In this document: one piece after another, positions 39,273-49,059 of the stretch
Layout of the letters: each line of letters starts with the position of its first letter
Numbering within the stretch: position 1 is the first letter of the stretch
Sequence record: NC_062581.1
DNA: 64,000 nt
Strand: one strand, 5' to 3'
The notes under the pieces: model-generated
What the model saw: the letters and a program-made list of their open reading frames with translations, nothing else
Databases searched by the model: none
What the model was told of the DNA's origin: nothing
Position numbers and translations under genes: made by a program

Positions 39273-39937
39273 ACTAGGTTATTCCTTAGCATCATTGCCG
39301 ATAGATAAACCGACAGTGTTTTATTGGATTTAACAATACTTGGTGTTTCTGCCATGATAGATGTTAAGGAAGCTTCACCTGTTTCTAGAATCTGACGATT
39401 CATCTGGTTATATGCTTCGGCATCACCACCACGGAACTTCACGAGTTCCAGTACGGCTGTGTTCAGACCTTTAGAAACGTTTACTTGAATCTCTGGACCG
39501 GATAGGCGTGAACCTTTTGAGTCACCTGAAGCCTGACCGGATCTTTCATCCACTACGTGGTTAGAACCAGGGATAGAACGTTTCTTAGCAAGCATCTGTA
39601 CTTGACGACGTAAAGGTAACATGCCAATCAAGTGCTTATTAGGAGTTAAATAAATTTGCCCGGTAGCCTGGTCCGTTAACTTAAGTTGTTGGAACAATTC
39701 AAAACCGAGGGCTTCCGCTACTTTGTAGTTTCGTTCAATACTTAGCGTAACGTCTGCTAAGTTAGGGGCGAATAAAGTAACATACTCTTTACCACTCTCT
39801 AGATTTTCTATCCATTGAGCAAATTCTGCATCTGACATTCGTTTGAACAAGTCAGCCAAGAGTTCTTTATTAGGACTTCCTGGCAGAAACATATCAATGA
39901 AATGGAGTGCTTCTTTTTCTGTTGTTTTGCGTGACAT
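39269..39937 (-). CDS. Virion RNA polymerase beta-like subunit, C-terminal fragment (phiKZ gp149-like)
   Basis: RRQVQMLAKKRS...GQASGDSKGSRLSGPE...ELVKFRGGD corresponds to the conserved RpoB C-terminal region. Confidence 0.8.
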   Translation of the reverse strand: MSRKTTEKEALHFIDMFLPGSPNKELLADLFKRMSDAEFAQWIENLESGKEYVTLFAPNLADVTLSIERNYKVAEALGFELFQQLKLTDQATGQIYLTPNKHLIGMLPLRRQVQMLAKKRSIPGSNHVVDERSGQASGDSKGSRLSGPEIQVNVSKGLNTAVLELVKFRGGDAEAYNQMNRQILETGEASLTSIMAETPSIVKSNKTLSVYLSAMMLRNNLV

Positions 39938-39967
39938 CGTATTTCTCCATTAGTGAATACTATACGA

Positions 39968-40273
39968 TTAGAGCGGATACATCGGACGTATATCTGCAGC
40001 GGCTGGCGGAAGTCGATGCATGCTCAAAAATGGCAAGATAGATAAACGGTAAGCGGAACACCATTCTTCAAAAGTATTCAAGCTTGGACCAAACCAAAAT
40101 TTTGCCCAATCTGCAGGGTACTGTGAAATGAGTGCGTTAAAGAATGTAACCAGATCAACGATACTGGTTAGTGGGTGTAGCATCCGACGATTAAGATCTT
40201 CGGCTAGTTCTGGATCAATAGAGCGGGTCATCTCGAAGATGATTTGATTATAAGAAGTCATACGTAGTTCCAA
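39968..40273 (-). CDS. Hypothetical protein
   Basis: About 100 aa; alternative start ATG 40261. Confidence 0.6.
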   Translation of the reverse strand: MELRMTSYNQIIFEMTRSIDPELAEDLNRRMLHPLTSIVDLVTFFNALISQYPADWAKFWFGPSLNTFEEWCSAYRLSILPFLSMHRLPPAAADIRPMYPL

Positions 40274-40278
40274 GTTAA

Positions 40279-40623
40279 CTAAAGCTCTCCGCAGTAGTTT
40301 ACTTCAATGATGTTAGAAAGAAATTTGATGATAAGATGGCGGTGACAGAATTCACCTGCGCGACAATAGCAACCGAATGCAATGCTTTCATGACTTATCA
40401 ACCACTCGAAAAATTCTGGGTCGGTATCGTAACGCCATTCCAACATCGCCATATACTGAGTTTCATATTCCTCAGGAGTAATGCGTTTGTTTTTAACATC
40501 CATAACGATTTGCCAAGTGGGGGCTAATTGCCACATCCCAGACTTAACGGTTGTATCGTAATATGGAATTGTATTAAAGAGTAAGTTTTCTAGCTTACCT
40601 AGTTGGAATGTATATACGTTCAT
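40279..40623 (-). CDS. DUF488-like protein (metal-binding C..C...CHR)
   Basis: LAPTW ... IAFGCYCRAGEFCHRHLI. Confidence 0.65.
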   Translation of the reverse strand: MNVYTFQLGKLENLLFNTIPYYDTTVKSGMWQLAPTWQIVMDVKNKRITPEEYETQYMAMLEWRYDTDPEFFEWLISHESIAFGCYCRAGEFCHRHLIIKFLSNIIEVNYCGEL

Positions 40624-41016
40624 TTATTCACGCGATATAATGCAAATAACATTGTTTGCTACATGTATCGATAAATTAGATGGAGCACAAATATGAATGT
40701 CCTGGGAGAACATGGTAATGGTGGTCATCACATTCTCTTTGGTGTATTGGCCCATTTCTTTTTGTAATGGCGGTGGACCTTTAGGTGCAGTGATTGGTAA
40801 AGGCTGACGTCTTACCCAGCGATTGTTCATCTGTCCCCAACCAGGTTGATCAAGCTTGCCAATGCTACAGAATTCGTTTGTGCAACATCCACTGTCATCT
40901 AAGTCACAGCGATGTTCAAATATCCACTTTAACGGATAAGTGATGGGCGCAAATACAAATTTAAGAATTGCCCCCACTGTACCCGAAACAGTTATATCTG
41001 AAAGACGGTTGTACAT
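40624..41016 (-). CDS. Hypothetical Cys/Pro-rich protein
   Basis: Start ATG 41016 with AAGG RBS; hydrophobic segment then HRCDLDDSGCCTNEFC. Confidence 0.45.
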   Translation of the reverse strand: MYNRLSDITVSGTVGAILKFVFAPITYPLKWIFEHRCDLDDSGCCTNEFCSIGKLDQPGWGQMNNRWVRRQPLPITAPKGPPPLQKEMGQYTKENVMTTITMFSQDIHICAPSNLSIHVANNVICIISRE

Positions 41017-41020
41017 GTGA

Positions 41021-41149
41021 TTAACCTTTTTGGTTAAGTTTAAGTAAAGCGGCTTTCTCTTGGCCAGCGCGGTACTGTTCAATAAACCGTTTACCTTTGG
41101 TTGGATCTCTGCGACATTGTGGATGTTCACAACGAAACGTTTCAGGCAT
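41021..41149 (-). CDS. Possible 42-aa protein (RCEHPQC)
   Basis: Fills the gap between recA and the next gene; weak RBS. Confidence 0.3.
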   Translation of the reverse strand: MPETFRCEHPQCRRDPTKGKRFIEQYRAGQEKAALLKLNQKG

Positions 41150-41225
41150 GTTAAGATTGCATCTACAAATACCTGAATAGGAATCGGGCACTATGAGTGC
41201 CCTTAGCGTAATGATGTCTACTAAC

Positions 41226-42656
41226 TTAAGCAGCAGCCACACCATTCGTAACCTCCAGTGGAACAATCTTAGCCTTCTCTTCTTTAGTCATCCAGAAAGG
41301 CTTGTACTCAAAACGCAGCATGCGGATCAAGTCCATAGTAGACAAGAACTTCTTCTCGCAAAGATGTTCGTCTTCTTTAAGCATCCAGTAGCCGCGAGTG
41401 CTCAGCAAGACTTCCCAATCGTAACCCATCTTTACCAGACCATCGTAAAGTTCTTGTGGGCTAGGAATATCCAATTTACGTTGGAACTGAATCAGCTGCA
41501 GCATTTCAGATTGGATTTCTACAGCGCGACGGAGCTTAACATCGGAGTTAAGTTTCTGACGAACTTTAGTACGAGACAGCGCGACGTTTGGACGCAGTTC
41601 TACAAAGTAGTTCTGTACGTTACCACCAATACCAAAACCGTTTTCTTTACAGTAGTGGAATTCAGACAGAGCTGGCAATACACCTTCTGACTGAGAAACA
41701 ATAATCGGGAATGGTAGATCCGAGATACCGCCTTTCGAACGTAGGTTCTTAACTTCCAGAATACGAAGGTCAGAGTCGCCTTGCATTGCAGTAGCATTGT
41801 CCAACGGATAAATAGGCATCTTATCGTTGTTAAGCAAAGGCTTGTTAGACGTTACATCGTACACGTTGTTTGGCAGAGAATAGAAACCACCCGATACACC
41901 TTTCAACACGGTATCTTTCTTCATACCAGTCAGGTTACGTTTATCGGTAGGGTACATTTCCATGTTGATGATATCACCAACGTGAGCTGTCAGAATGAAG
42001 TGTGTACCAGTTTTAGCTGCAACTTGTGGAAGCTGATTGAACAGTTGGTTCTTAGCTTTACCGTTAGTCATTGCATCGGTGTTGTTTTTACCATCACCAA
42101 TTTTGTTCTTAGCGTACATCTCATCTACAGCAGAAACAATAAACTTCGAAAACGAGTCAATGAAAGCTGTAGTAGGTTGCAAGCATTCTTTTGCTTTACC
42201 GTCTTTATCAGCAAACGGTGTAGTGCGTGTATGCGGCTTAGGATCTTTTGCTTTAGCATCCAAAGCTTTACGCAGGGTAAAGAAGAACTCGTCGCCAGTG
42301 TATTGCGAGAGGTCTGTAAACATGAACTGCGGATCATCGTTGAAATCGATTGCTGCGATTTCTGGGAAGTGTTGTGCAATAGAACTGAAACGTGCTACTG
42401 GGTTCAGTGTGCCTTCTGTATCGTAAACCATCGAGTGTGAACCGGGCATAGCGCGACGCACCATCGCCAACATGTAAACACCCAGTGCAGTCTTAAAGTT
42501 GTTAGGACGGGATACAATACCGTTCAATGCACCAAGACCACCGTTGAGGATCATTTCCCCATTTTCGCCTTCCTCATAATGACCAGACGAAATATCCATC
42601 AAACAACCGACGTTGACCGCCGGTCGAAATGATGGCTTCTTAAACTCTCCAAACAT
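41226..42656 (-). CDS. uvsX: UvsX/RecA-like recombinase (phiKZ gp152-like)
   Basis: Walker A variant SRPNNFKT, YDTEG, Walker B FIDS, LTAHVG. Confidence 0.85.
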   Translation of the reverse strand: MFGEFKKPSFRPAVNVGCLMDISSGHYEEGENGEMILNGGLGALNGIVSRPNNFKTALGVYMLAMVRRAMPGSHSMVYDTEGTLNPVARFSSIAQHFPEIAAIDFNDDPQFMFTDLSQYTGDEFFFTLRKALDAKAKDPKPHTRTTPFADKDGKAKECLQPTTAFIDSFSKFIVSAVDEMYAKNKIGDGKNNTDAMTNGKAKNQLFNQLPQVAAKTGTHFILTAHVGDIINMEMYPTDKRNLTGMKKDTVLKGVSGGFYSLPNNVYDVTSNKPLLNNDKMPIYPLDNATAMQGDSDLRILEVKNLRSKGGISDLPFPIIVSQSEGVLPALSEFHYCKENGFGIGGNVQNYFVELRPNVALSRTKVRQKLNSDVKLRRAVEIQSEMLQLIQFQRKLDIPSPQELYDGLVKMGYDWEVLLSTRGYWMLKEDEHLCEKKFLSTMDLIRMLRFEYKPFWMTKEEKAKIVPLEVTNGVAAA

Positions 42657-42753
42657 GTTGTTTCCTCTTTGATGTTATATAGCAATCAATTAATTGAGTT
42701 CAAGCGTAATTTTATGTCTAGACTCATCTACTCCTAAACACAAGGTAGCAACC

Positions 42754-43620
42754 ATGTCACTCTTTACTCGTTATGGCGATAATGAAGTTGTATCCATCGA
42801 ATCAGCTGGTGAAAAGACCGTTGATCCAATCCGTCAGTTTTATGCAGCCTGCGAAAGTATTTCCATGGAAGCTGCTGAAATGGGTTCTATTGCTGGTTGG
42901 TTTGTTCGTACCGGTGCTAACGTTTCCGCTTCTATTCAAAGAGGCTTTGAGAAACTCACCACTTACGAATGGGCTCCACTAACCACCCTGTATCCTTCTA
43001 ACATGAATTCCGTAATGCGTACACGGGATTACATGGAGATTCAATCTAAACCAGTCAGTCAGCCTCGTGGCTTCTCTGGTAACCTTTATGAATACGTAAT
43101 GGGCATGTCTCCACGAATTCAATTGGCTTGTGCTATTCGACAGAATGTAATTGAACCCGCAATCAAACGTCTTGGTTATTACTTGAGCAATCCATCCGAA
43201 CGTGGTGATCGTCGTGATTTCCCAGGTGGTGCTTCTCCTGTTGCTGAGATCGGTACACTGATTGCTAATGAGGTTAAGTTCTTCAAAAGCGATAACCAAG
43301 CCACTGCAACTTTTGGACAATTGTTTTCTAACAATGCTGAATTTGTTAAAGCCGAATACCAGATGGTTGAATACGGTAAACTGTTAGCTCAAACCCCACC
43401 AGCTGCTGTTAAAGCTTCGGTAGAACAACTAGCGGCCATCGCTGGCGGTCTGTTTAAATCGTTGACCTCTGAGCGTGACCCGGCTTCTAAGCAACTGGTA
43501 CAAGTTATCGGTAAAGAACTAGAGACTGTTGCTCGTTGGGTTGAGTGGTACGCTTTACAGATTACTCGTTTGACCGAAACTAATGCTGTCTTTGCACAGC
43601 TTGAGAAAGATCTCCGCTAA
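42754..43620 (+). CDS. Internal head protein (gp153 position)
   Basis: Start ATG 42754 (AAGG RBS); SIE and SME maturation motifs near the N-terminus. Confidence 0.7.
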   Translation: MSLFTRYGDNEVVSIESAGEKTVDPIRQFYAACESISMEAAEMGSIAGWFVRTGANVSASIQRGFEKLTTYEWAPLTTLYPSNMNSVMRTRDYMEIQSKPVSQPRGFSGNLYEYVMGMSPRIQLACAIRQNVIEPAIKRLGYYLSNPSERGDRRDFPGGASPVAEIGTLIANEVKFFKSDNQATATFGQLFSNNAEFVKAEYQMVEYGKLLAQTPPAAVKASVEQLAAIAGGLFKSLTSERDPASKQLVQVIGKELETVARWVEWYALQITRLTETNAVFAQLEKDLR

Positions 43621-43660
43621 TGGCATAAAGGCTACCCGTTGGGGTAGCCAATATGTTGTT
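43621..43660. terminator. Bidirectional hairpin at a convergent junction
   Basis: GGCATAAA-GGCTACCC-GTTG-GGGTAGCC-AATATGTTG. Confidence 0.8.
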
Positions 43661-44072
43661 AAACAATAACAATAGGTGAAGCACAGATAGCAAACACCCG
43701 TTGAATGTCATTGCGGAACGTATCTTCGTCGGAGTATCGTAACCAGCAAGGGATTGCCCTGCGAATACTTTTCCAACCACAGTCTGGGGAGCTTTTGGCT
43801 TCATTAAGACTAGGTATACCCTGTAAGCAATGATCCGCAATAGCCGTTGGGAACTTTAATGCATTAGCATCACGCACCAAGCACATCTGCTCGTTAAGTG
43901 CTATGACTTTGCCGTAACGTTCTTGAACAACATCACCGCCGACCCACTTGGAGTGGATGATGGCTAACACACACATCCTTTTAAAGTCATTATCTAGCTT
44001 GGCACAGAAGCGCAAGCCCAGTCTTGTAAAAAACTGGGTAATGACATTTCGGAGATAGGTTAGTAGTTTCAT
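43659..44072 (-). CDS. Conserved hypothetical protein (gp154 position)
   Basis: Start moved to ATG 44072 (MKLLTYLRN). Confidence 0.6.
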   Translation of the reverse strand: MKLLTYLRNVITQFFTRLGLRFCAKLDNDFKRMCVLAIIHSKWVGGDVVQERYGKVIALNEQMCLVRDANALKFPTAIADHCLQGIPSLNEAKSSPDCGWKSIRRAIPCWLRYSDEDTFRNDIQRVFAICASPIVIV

Positions 44073-44082
44073 GTAATACCCG

Positions 44083-45531
44083 CTATTTAGGTAGAATGAA
44101 CTGTGTATACGGACTCTGGTAAATTGCTGAACCTTCATCTGTTTGAAACACAGTCGCGTATGTATAGGCCCGAGGCCCAACAGCAATAACCAACACTTCT
44201 ACCTTCGTGTAGCCTGCACCAATTCGGTTAAGTTGATTTCGAGTTGGAATATCCAAACCCAAGCACAATTTCAATTCCACGTCTTGCCCACGGAATTGAA
44301 TCTTTGGATTAACCGATTCAGTGTTTTGCGTAATCGATTTCAGAAGTTGTCGGATCTCTTTCTTTCCAGACGAAACTTGCTCGAAAAATGCGGTGGTAAT
44401 ATCAAACTTTTCAACCCCGCTACCTAGCTTTCCTGTCAGGTAGTCGTCCAACTGTCGCTGGAGTTGTTGGAATGTCGCAACAGCATCATTTGCACGCCGC
44501 GGTGGGTTGAGGGTACGGCTAACCAATTTATAATCGGCAGTCGACAATACCATGATATCTGTGTGCTTTGATAACAGATCTGAATTTGCCGTTTCGATAC
44601 GGTTACGGATCTGTGCATTGAACACGTTTGACAAGTTAAGAATACCCAATTCTGGGTTAAGACTTGGAAAACACGCAGCGTGCATAGCAATAACTTGCTC
44701 CAGATAAGCATCTGGTTCATACGCTTTGTAGACACCAAAGGTTGCTTCGCTGATAGGTCGACCAATCAATAGATCAGCTTTCGCTAATTTCTCTTTTGGT
44801 GTGTCTTGCGGCTTAAAGCCGTAGTTGTGCATTCGACCCAGGCTATACATGTAGTAGTATCCATCAGGATCTTCTCCAGTATTAAACCCGAACAACAAAC
44901 GTGATTCCAGTACTAACGGATTCACTGGTTGTTTTTTCAGCTTGTTGACTTTCTCGCCTTCTTGAACGATTTCTACCGGTGCTGATTTGGCTTCATGCCC
45001 AGCTCCCAACAATGCGTTTGCATCCGCTTTGTCGTTACCCATGTCATTGGAATGACCTTTAACCCACTGGAGTTCCAGTTTGCGGTTAGGTTCTTCCCAA
45101 GACGTCTTAAGCTCAACCAAACGTTTCCAATAGTCTACGTTTGCAACCGGCTGGCCATCTGACTTGATCCAATCATTTTTCGCCCACTTTGGAACAAACT
45201 GCGTTAAGCCCTTACGTACGTACTCGCTGTCCATCAGCATAGTCATCTGTAACGCAGGTGTCTTCAATGCATATTCAAATGCACCAATCGCAGCACCTAG
45301 TTCCGCCGTGTTATTCGTGGGGTTCTTTTCGATTGCACCGTAAGCGTCAATGTAGTCAATAACCGAAACAGTCTCAGCCGCTGGTACATCTTTATACCCT
45401 TTAGCGGTGGGTTGCTGTCGCGTTGATGCTTTAGACGACATTGGTGTGTTGCTATAAGTGTAACCGTGAATACCCCAACCTGCTTTATTCTGCCGGAACG
45501 AGCCGTCAGTATAAAGAACAATACCATCCAT
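44083..45531 (-). CDS. rnhA: Ribonuclease HI with long C-terminal domain (phiKZ gp155-like)
   Basis: YTDGS, TNNTAEL, MDSEYV, WVKGHS..GNDKAD catalytic motifs. Confidence 0.9.
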   Translation of the reverse strand: MDGIVLYTDGSFRQNKAGWGIHGYTYSNTPMSSKASTRQQPTAKGYKDVPAAETVSVIDYIDAYGAIEKNPTNNTAELGAAIGAFEYALKTPALQMTMLMDSEYVRKGLTQFVPKWAKNDWIKSDGQPVANVDYWKRLVELKTSWEEPNRKLELQWVKGHSNDMGNDKADANALLGAGHEAKSAPVEIVQEGEKVNKLKKQPVNPLVLESRLLFGFNTGEDPDGYYYMYSLGRMHNYGFKPQDTPKEKLAKADLLIGRPISEATFGVYKAYEPDAYLEQVIAMHAACFPSLNPELGILNLSNVFNAQIRNRIETANSDLLSKHTDIMVLSTADYKLVSRTLNPPRRANDAVATFQQLQRQLDDYLTGKLGSGVEKFDITTAFFEQVSSGKKEIRQLLKSITQNTESVNPKIQFRGQDVELKLCLGLDIPTRNQLNRIGAGYTKVEVLVIAVGPRAYTYATVFQTDEGSAIYQSPYTQFILPK

Positions 45532-45575
45532 TATGATGCCCTCAAGATAAAAAACTGTCTAGATAATTAACTAAG

Positions 45576-45980
45576 TCAGTCTTTTTCCATACAGGACTTT
45601 TTCCATTCACGATAGGCTTCTCTTACGCGGGCTCTTTCGTCCACAGCGTATTGCCTCATCTCCTTGATATGCATTGCAAGGATCGCGTCTTCATCTACTA
45701 TCAATTTAGCATCGGGGTTAGAGAAAACCGGTGTGACTGGAGCTTTACCCACAGGTGGCAGAACAAACTCAGGACAAGTTTTTTCAGCTTTAACTGGAGC
45801 TTGTTTTGCAACAGCCTTTTTGCGAACTACAGCTTTCTTTCGTTTTGTTTCTTTAACAGGTGCCTGTGTTGCACTTGCCGCTCTTTCGGTGTGAACTTCG
45901 CTGTAGTACACGGTGTTGATGGGTCGGTTTAATACGCACCCGCTACTCAAAATGAATAGCAATAATAGAACATAACGCAT
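45576..45980 (-). CDS. Lipoprotein, o-spanin-like
   Basis: MRYVLLLLFILSSG-C lipobox, CPEFVLPP Pro-rich segment, C-terminal helix with Cys. Confidence 0.7.
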   Translation of the reverse strand: MRYVLLLLFILSSGCVLNRPINTVYYSEVHTERAASATQAPVKETKRKKAVVRKKAVAKQAPVKAEKTCPEFVLPPVGKAPVTPVFSNPDAKLIVDEDAILAMHIKEMRQYAVDERARVREAYREWKKSCMEKD

Positions 45981-46000
45981 GGTTTACTCCCTAAGGTGAT

Positions 46001-46288
46001 TTATTTGAGTAGTTCATCCAATCGTCGACGCCGGGCGTCGACATCAGGTATACCGTGAGTAGCCTTGAGGTCCTCCAGTTCCCGAACGATTGCATGGTTC
46101 TCAACTTTGACAGCATCCAACTCAGAACCCACCCAGAAGATCGTAGCAAGCATAAGCATGATACAGAACAACATAAAGGTGATGTGCCGGTTTTCCAGCA
46201 GGACCTCTTTTATTTCGCGCTCTCCGAAGATTGCGCGTTTAAGGAACGGCCATAATGAGAGCAAGGCTTGTGTAGTTACGATGACCAT
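46001..46288 (-). CDS. Single-pass membrane protein with coiled coil (i-spanin- or holin-like)
   Basis: GAGG RBS; TM ITFMLFCIMLMLATIFWV followed by a heptad-rich tail. Confidence 0.6.
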   Translation of the reverse strand: MVIVTTQALLSLWPFLKRAIFGEREIKEVLLENRHITFMLFCIMLMLATIFWVGSELDAVKVENHAIVRELEDLKATHGIPDVDARRRRLDELLK

Positions 46289-46486
46289 GATTACCTCTAG
46301 TCAGTATACAAAACTACGCCTACCCGTTAACGCCAATTGGCATTTCTATCGCAAGACAGCTTTTCAAACGGTAGACAAATTCCCCATGGGGATGACCCCC
46401 ACTCTACCATGACGTTTATCGTTAACATAAGCGGGACTATCAATTTTATAGATGGATTACCATCGCCCGCTCATGAGGACCGTTAA

Positions 46487-47800
46487 ATGTATAACTTGAA
46501 AGGTTTCATTGGATACCCTTCCCTGGTCAATAACGTACCTGACCAAGTCGCAAAATTCGGTGAACTGTCAAACAACAGCGCCACCTATGCAAAAGACAAA
46601 ACGATCCACACCAGCACGTCAGTACCGAATACGGTGTTCTTTTCCTTTCATAGCGTAAAGGATGAAACTCTAACGGATGTAGACTCAGCTACCAAGGACC
46701 TGGTCCTAAAGCTCTCTAAGTATCTGCTAGATCAGGCTATTGCTGGTGCGATCACTCAAGACCCACAAGTCGTAAGACAAATGGTTCTGGCTGAATTCGG
46801 CCCACTACTGAAATCGTTTACAACTGGTAAGATGCTTACCAACAATGTTATTTGGTTGCCTGAATACGTTGTGTTGGAAATGTCGCAATATGGTGATACT
46901 AACCGCGTACAGCTTTGGTTTGCTGACGATAGTTTCTCTGGTCAGTATGACGAATATGTAATTGAAGTTGTTCATCCGCTAATTCCGTACGATGATTTCT
47001 TTAAAGATCCACTGGTAGTTATTGAAGCACTCAAAGCTTATGACCTGGATGAGAAGCTGGAGGAAGCACATTCTAAACGTGCACAATATCCTTACACTCA
47101 TCTGCGTTCGTTAACTTACGATTACGTTAACCCACGTAATCCTACCATGAAACAACCGGCACGCTGGCTAGCTCTACTATACGGCATTGCTGCGGATAAC
47201 CAAGACTTTATTAATGACAAGATCATTGAAGAACTGTTGGCTAACTCCACACATACTCGTGAAGAATGGGAAGCAATCTTACCCGATCTGTTTAAGAAGA
47301 CTGAGTTTATCATTACTCCGTTTTGGGAAAACTATTCGGTAGCTGCAGGTATTCTGGGTTCTGGTTTTTATAGCCCTACCGTAGATCCACGTAAAGAGAT
47401 TACTTTACTACAGCGTACTGCTCGTGGTCCAGCCTACACTACTGCCTGGGTTAACGCACAATACGAGATCTCTTCGCACACTTACAAGTCTCTGGCTTTT
47501 GGTGTACTGGGTAACCCACAGAACCGTGAAGGTGTTGTTCGCTTCTCAGCTAAGTTCCCTGACTATCTGTTGGTAACTAACAACACTGGTGACTTTGATC
47601 GTGTTGATCCGGAAACTACCGGTGAATGGATGATCGTGTTTGCTAACCTGTTGAAAGTAGCTGAGACAATGGATCGTTACACATCTGTTCCACTGGGTGT
47701 ATCTCGAATGATTCGTGATGGTGTTGTTTATGCTTCGGCAATGTTCCAACGTGTAAACTATTTGGTTGTTACCAAAGCATCCGTAGAAGAGTTTACATAA
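46487..47800 (+). CDS. Virion structural protein (gp157 position)
   Basis: 437 aa, GAGGA RBS, MYNLKGF start typical of the family. Confidence 0.7.
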   Translation: MYNLKGFIGYPSLVNNVPDQVAKFGELSNNSATYAKDKTIHTSTSVPNTVFFSFHSVKDETLTDVDSATKDLVLKLSKYLLDQAIAGAITQDPQVVRQMVLAEFGPLLKSFTTGKMLTNNVIWLPEYVVLEMSQYGDTNRVQLWFADDSFSGQYDEYVIEVVHPLIPYDDFFKDPLVVIEALKAYDLDEKLEEAHSKRAQYPYTHLRSLTYDYVNPRNPTMKQPARWLALLYGIAADNQDFINDKIIEELLANSTHTREEWEAILPDLFKKTEFIITPFWENYSVAAGILGSGFYSPTVDPRKEITLLQRTARGPAYTTAWVNAQYEISSHTYKSLAFGVLGNPQNREGVVRFSAKFPDYLLVTNNTGDFDRVDPETTGEWMIVFANLLKVAETMDRYTSVPLGVSRMIRDGVVYASAMFQRVNYLVVTKASVEEFT

Positions 47801-47825
47801 GGGGCCTTCGGGCTCCTTTATGCCC
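47795..47825 (+). terminator. Hairpin with TATG tail
   Basis: ACATAA-GGGGCC-TTCG-GGCTCC-TTTATGCCC. Confidence 0.7.
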
Positions 47826-47860
47826 AATCTGATGACACTTCAATTAACAAAGGCAATGCC

Positions 47861-48484
47861 ATGGCTAGTGTAATCCCGCAAATTGGAATCAAAGGACGGT
47901 GGGAAGTAAAAGATCCTTTTTCCGTTCAACCTGGTCTCCTTTATACTCTCGGTGCCATTCGTTCATTCGTTGATATCGAGAACAACGGCGTAAATGTTTT
48001 TGATACGTATTACGGTCCGGTTGGTATTCCTCAAGCAACGTACAGTGATGATCGCCGTAAAGGTGTCATGCTGTTAACATTGCTTTCTGATACAGTTGCA
48101 CCCATCTACATTCCTTCGTCGTTTGTTACAGCTTACCCATCGTTGGATTCGGTAAATTACCATCACGTTGTGTTGTCTGCTTCTTGTGGTGCTTTACCTG
48201 TTACCATGTCATTAGACTTCTTAGTTTCGCAAGTCGCTAAGATTGTCTCGGACACTATTGGTGTAACCCCAACAATCAACATTGGCGTTGTACCTTTGTT
48301 AAGTGTGGTAACACCGGAACAACACGAAACAAACGAAGCTAAGCGTGAAGCGGCTATTGCTAACCGCACTACCGATTACGCAAGGCTTGCCGAAGAGCAA
48401 CGCAAGAATGCTTTACTCTCTCAACGCTTGGCTGTAGCCGAGACGATCATTAAGAATCTCAAAGACCAAGGTCTTATTCCATAA
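47861..48484 (+). CDS. Virion structural protein (gp158 position)
   Basis: 207 aa; C-terminal coiled coil. Confidence 0.65.
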   Translation: MASVIPQIGIKGRWEVKDPFSVQPGLLYTLGAIRSFVDIENNGVNVFDTYYGPVGIPQATYSDDRRKGVMLLTLLSDTVAPIYIPSSFVTAYPSLDSVNYHHVVLSASCGALPVTMSLDFLVSQVAKIVSDTIGVTPTINIGVVPLLSVVTPEQHETNEAKREAAIANRTTDYARLAEEQRKNALLSQRLAVAETIIKNLKDQGLIP

Positions 48485-48495
48485 CTGGAGTTTAT

Positions 48496-49059
48496 ATGTC
48501 TCATTCCAAATCAAAAAGTCTTTCCTCTATTCTGGCAGCTTTGGAAGACAGTGATGGCACAGCACAAGTTGTTGATGTGACTAACGCTACTGCTTCCGCA
48601 ACAAAAGATCACCCAGCTGCTCCTGAAGGTGAAGCTAACTCTGATGGTGTAGCCGCTACGGCAGCTGATACCGTTAAAGTGGGCGATAGTGATATGATTT
48701 CTGCCACTGTGCAAGAAGAAATTGCTAAGGGCGAACAGATCGATCGTGATACCGAAAAGATGTGTGAAGCACAAGCTGCTTGCGAACATCACATTGGTGA
48801 AATCCAAAAGTACATTGATCGTAATGAATCTGTACCTAGTAGCATGGCTAAAGCAATTAAAGTTAGTTTGCTCCGTCATGACAAAAACTTCTTCGCTCAA
48901 ACAGTTCCATCGCTTGAAGCATTTGATGGCTACGTTGGTCGTATGACTGTTTCCCTAGAACTGCTGGATAAATTGAAAGCTGGTTCTAAAGTAATTGGTG
49001 CAGCTATTGTTAGTGCTGCTGAAATGAAAGCTTCGTTGAAAGGTGCTAAACATGGCTAA
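48496..49059 (+). CDS. Internal head protein, paralogue A
   Basis: Acidic propeptide; ALE and PSLEAF motifs; VPSLEAFD core shared with neighbours. Confidence 0.7.
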   Translation: MSHSKSKSLSSILAALEDSDGTAQVVDVTNATASATKDHPAAPEGEANSDGVAATAADTVKVGDSDMISATVQEEIAKGEQIDRDTEKMCEAQAACEHHIGEIQKYIDRNESVPSSMAKAIKVSLLRHDKNFFAQTVPSLEAFDGYVGRMTVSLELLDKLKAGSKVIGAAIVSAAEMKASLKGAKHG

